DNA of 64,000 nt from an uncultured Actinomycetota bacterium. Lineage in GTDB: Bacteria > Actinomycetota > Actinomycetes > JACCUZ01. Positions 61,930 through 64,000 of the stretch are shown here, piece after piece. Positions within the stretch are counted from its first letter, which is position 1; every line of letters starts with the position of its first letter. The notes below the pieces were generated by a model, which was given only the letters and a program-made list of their open reading frames with translations, did not search any database and was not told where the DNA came from. Made by a program: the position numbers and the translations under genes. The stretch spans positions 772,784 to 836,783 of the forward strand of contig CAVVSW010000005.1 in the NCBI GenBank assembly GCA_963751035.1, written 5' to 3'.

Positions 61930-63327
61930 GTGACCCCGGCCTCGATCGTTGTGCTCGGATCCGGGCCTGCTGGGCTGGCCGCTGCCTGGCAGGCCGCCCG
62001 GCGCGGTCATCCGGTCACCGTGCTCGAGCGGGCCGACCGCGTCGGCGGCCTCGCCGGGTCGTTCGACGTCGCCGGTGTGCGGGTCGATCACGGCAGCCAC
62101 CGCCTGCATCCCGCCACACCGCCGACGTTGCTGGCCGACCTGCGAGCCCTCCTCGGCGAGGACCTGCAGACCAGACCGCGCAACGGGAGGCTGCGGGTCG
62201 CCGGCTCGTGGGTCGGGTTCCCGTTGCGCCCGGCCGAGCTGCTCAACGCGCTGCCGCCGACGATGACGGCACGGATCGGACTGGAGGCGCTCACCGCCCC
62301 CGTCCGCCGCGGGGGGCAAGCGTCCTTCGCGGCCAGCCTGCGCAAGGGCCTCGGTCCCACGCTGTACCGGGAGATGTACGCCGCCTATGCCGAGAAGCTC
62401 TGGGGTCTGCCCGGCGAGGGCATCTCGGCAGACCAGGCCGCAAAAAGGGTCACCGCCGACACGCCATGGAAGGTCGCGGCTCGAGTGCTGCGGCTGGACC
62501 GCTCGGCCCGCGCGGGACAGGGACGCGTCTTCCATTACCCACGGCGCGGGTTCGGCCAGATCGTCGAGGTGCTGGCGGAGGCGGCCGTGGAAGCAGGGGC
62601 CGAGCTGCGCCTCGACGAGGCCGTCACCGGCCTGGTCCACAGCGAGGACGGTGTGACGGTGTCGACGGCGTCCGGGCAGGTCGAGGCGGCGCATGCGTTC
62701 TCCACCCTGCCGCTACCGGTGCTGGCACGGCTCTGTGATCCCGCCCCGCCGCCGGCGGTGCTCGATGACGCGGCCCGGCTGACGTTCCGCGCGATGGTGC
62801 TCGTCTATGTCGTCCACGAGGGTGGTCGCTGGTCGCCGTACGACGCGCACTACCTGCCCGGGCTGGAGACACCAGTGACGCGGCTGTCCGAACCGGCGAA
62901 CTACCGGGTCAGCCCCGACGACCCGCCGGACCGGTCTGTGCTCTGCGCCGAGCTGCCCTGCGCTGTCGGCGACCCGATCTGGTCAGCCACCGAGGACGAG
63001 CTCGCCACGGTTGTCGATGACGCGCTTCGCGTCACTGGACTGCCACCGGTGCACCGGTCCGGCGTTGTGGTCCGCCGGCTGCCGCACGTGTATCCGATCT
63101 ACCAACCGGGCTATGAGACCCACCTCGCGCCGCTGGACAGCTGGGTCGGGGGACTTGCCCGCGTGACGACGTTCGGCCGGCTGGGTCTCTTCGCGCACGA
63201 CAACACACACCACGCCATCGCGATGGCTTACGACGCGGTGGCCGCGCTGGGTGCGGACGGATCGAGGGACGAGCTCATGTGGGCGGCCGCGCGGCACCGG
63301 TTTTCCGACCACGTCGTCGAGGACTGA
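61930..63327 (+). CDS. FAD/NAD(P)-dependent oxidoreductase (amine-oxidase/PPO-like fold)
   Basis: It has a dinucleotide-binding N-terminus ([35 protein letters not shown]). Confidence 0.8.
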   Translation: MTPASIVVLGSGPAGLAAAWQAARRGHPVTVLERADRVGGLAGSFDVAGVRVDHGSHRLHPATPPTLLADLRALLGEDLQTRPRNGRLRVAGSWVGFPLRPAELLNALPPTMTARIGLEALTAPVRRGGQASFAASLRKGLGPTLYREMYAAYAEKLWGLPGEGISADQAAKRVTADTPWKVAARVLRLDRSARAGQGRVFHYPRRGFGQIVEVLAEAAVEAGAELRLDEAVTGLVHSEDGVTVSTASGQVEAAHAFSTLPLPVLARLCDPAPPPAVLDDAARLTFRAMVLVYVVHEGGRWSPYDAHYLPGLETPVTRLSEPANYRVSPDDPPDRSVLCAELPCAVGDPIWSATEDELATVVDDALRVTGLPPVHRSGVVVRRLPHVYPIYQPGYETHLAPLDSWVGGLARVTTFGRLGLFAHDNTHHAIAMAYDAVAALGADGSRDELMWAAARHRFSDHVVED

Positions 63328-64000
63328 GCCAGCGGCGGGCTGTTCAGCTCGCGGTGGACGGCCGGCACGACCCGGCGCAGGTAGCGGCCGAGCCGCACAA
63401 AGCTGGTGCCCGACTCGCGGAAGGCGTAGGTGATCGGCACCTCCGCATAGCGATAGCCCTTGGCCAGCAGGTCGAGCGTCAGCACCTGCGCGTAGTTGTA
63501 GTCGTGTGCGATCTCGCCGTCGGCGGCGGCCGCGGGGGAGAAGGCTCGGAAGCCGCTCTGCCCGTCAGTGAGGTCAGGGTCACGGCTCAGCCAACGGACC
63601 CACCGCGTCAGGAGGTGGTTGCCGAACCTGCGGTGGGTCAGCATCCGCCGGATGTCGCCGCGGAAACGCGAGCCCACGACGTAGTCGGCCGATCCGTCGA
63701 GCACCGGTGCGACGACGCGCGGGATGTCTTCCGGGAAGTACTCGCCGTCCGCATCGAGATAGACCACTGCCGCGGGCGCGCGCGCACTCGCTTCGGCCAG
63801 GCCGCGACGCACCGCCGCACCAAGGCCGAGGTTGTCCGGCTGGGCGAGGACCGTTGCGCCGGCGAGCGCGGCGACAGCGGCCGAGTCGTCGCTCGAACCG
63901 TCATCGATGACCAGCACGTCCACCGCGCGACCCTGCACGACGCGGGGGACGCGGGAGACGACCCGCCCGACCGAGTCCTGCTCGTCGTACGCCGGGATGA
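63228..64000 (-). CDS. family 2 glycosyltransferase (5' end lies outside the window)
   Basis: The reverse frame is open to the window edge ([14 protein letters not shown]...[12 protein letters not shown]...[13 protein letters not shown]...GQSGFRAF). Its 3' end overlaps the convergent oxidoreductase by 100 nt. Confidence 0.8.
   Translation of the reverse strand, partial: IPAYDEQDSVGRVVSRVPRVVQGRAVDVLVIDDGSSDDSAAVAALAGATVLAQPDNLGLGAAVRRGLAEASARAPAAVVYLDADGEYFPEDIPRVVAPVLDGSADYVVGSRFRGDIRRMLTHRRFGNHLLTRWVRWLSRDPDLTDGQSGFRAFSPAAAADGEIAHDYNYAQVLTLDLLAKGYRYAEVPITYAFRESGTSFVRLGRYLRRVVPAVHRELNSPPLAQSSTTWSENRCRAAAHMSSSLDPSAPSAATAS

Overview
High-GC actinobacterial chromosomal segment. Gene content and order look like a Nocardioides/Propionibacteriales-type core genome (inference). 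I support about 60 protein-coding genes and saw no rRNA, tRNA, CRISPR array, transposase or integrase. Landmarks from left to right: an ECF sigma/anti-sigma pair, a PepSY protein and an OmpR-type two-component system (1-3988); a somewhat lower-GC islet encoding a secreted RTX-repeat/GDPD-like phosphodiesterase, an RsbW-like ATPase and secreted proteins (4022-6791); topoisomerase IV genes parE and parC in convergent orientation with four small genes between them (7398-13811); a psuG/PfkB-kinase operon; a DUF222/HNH gene; a GNAT/ADP-forming acyl-CoA synthetase fusion with DUF5998 and an alkaline-phosphatase-family gene; a divergent S8 protease / RTX-protein pair; sepH, an MFS gene, ferrochelatase and a PBP; a conserved block (suhB-like, DUF4193, DUF3093, DUF885, thioesterase, dut, DUF3710, OB-fold, DUF3159, trkA x2, APC permease, RNA methyltransferase) that matches the M. 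tuberculosis Rv2689c-Rv2701c order from memory; acnA; a xylFGH-like ABC operon with a ROK regulator; dxs; fadB/fadA; an AlkD-like gene; MFS; an FAD oxidoreductase; and a GT2 gene. The three most notable observations are these. (1) Four DnaA-box 9-mers cluster at 18079-18201, two of them inside a perfect 13-bp inverted repeat. This lies far from any dnaA/dnaN context, between psuG and the DUF222/HNH gene. (2) At least 20 single-base indels break about 14 genes, including presumably essential ones (parE, hemH, PBP, plsC-like, sepH). They fall in clusters and most resolve by removing one G or C, so I favour assembly error over real decay, but this needs read-level checking. (3) A (GC)4-G12 tract sits in the middle of the divergent S8-protease/RTX promoter region. 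I found no convincing complete novel multi-gene system. The best candidates for unexplored biology are the RTX-containing islets and the DnaA-box locus.
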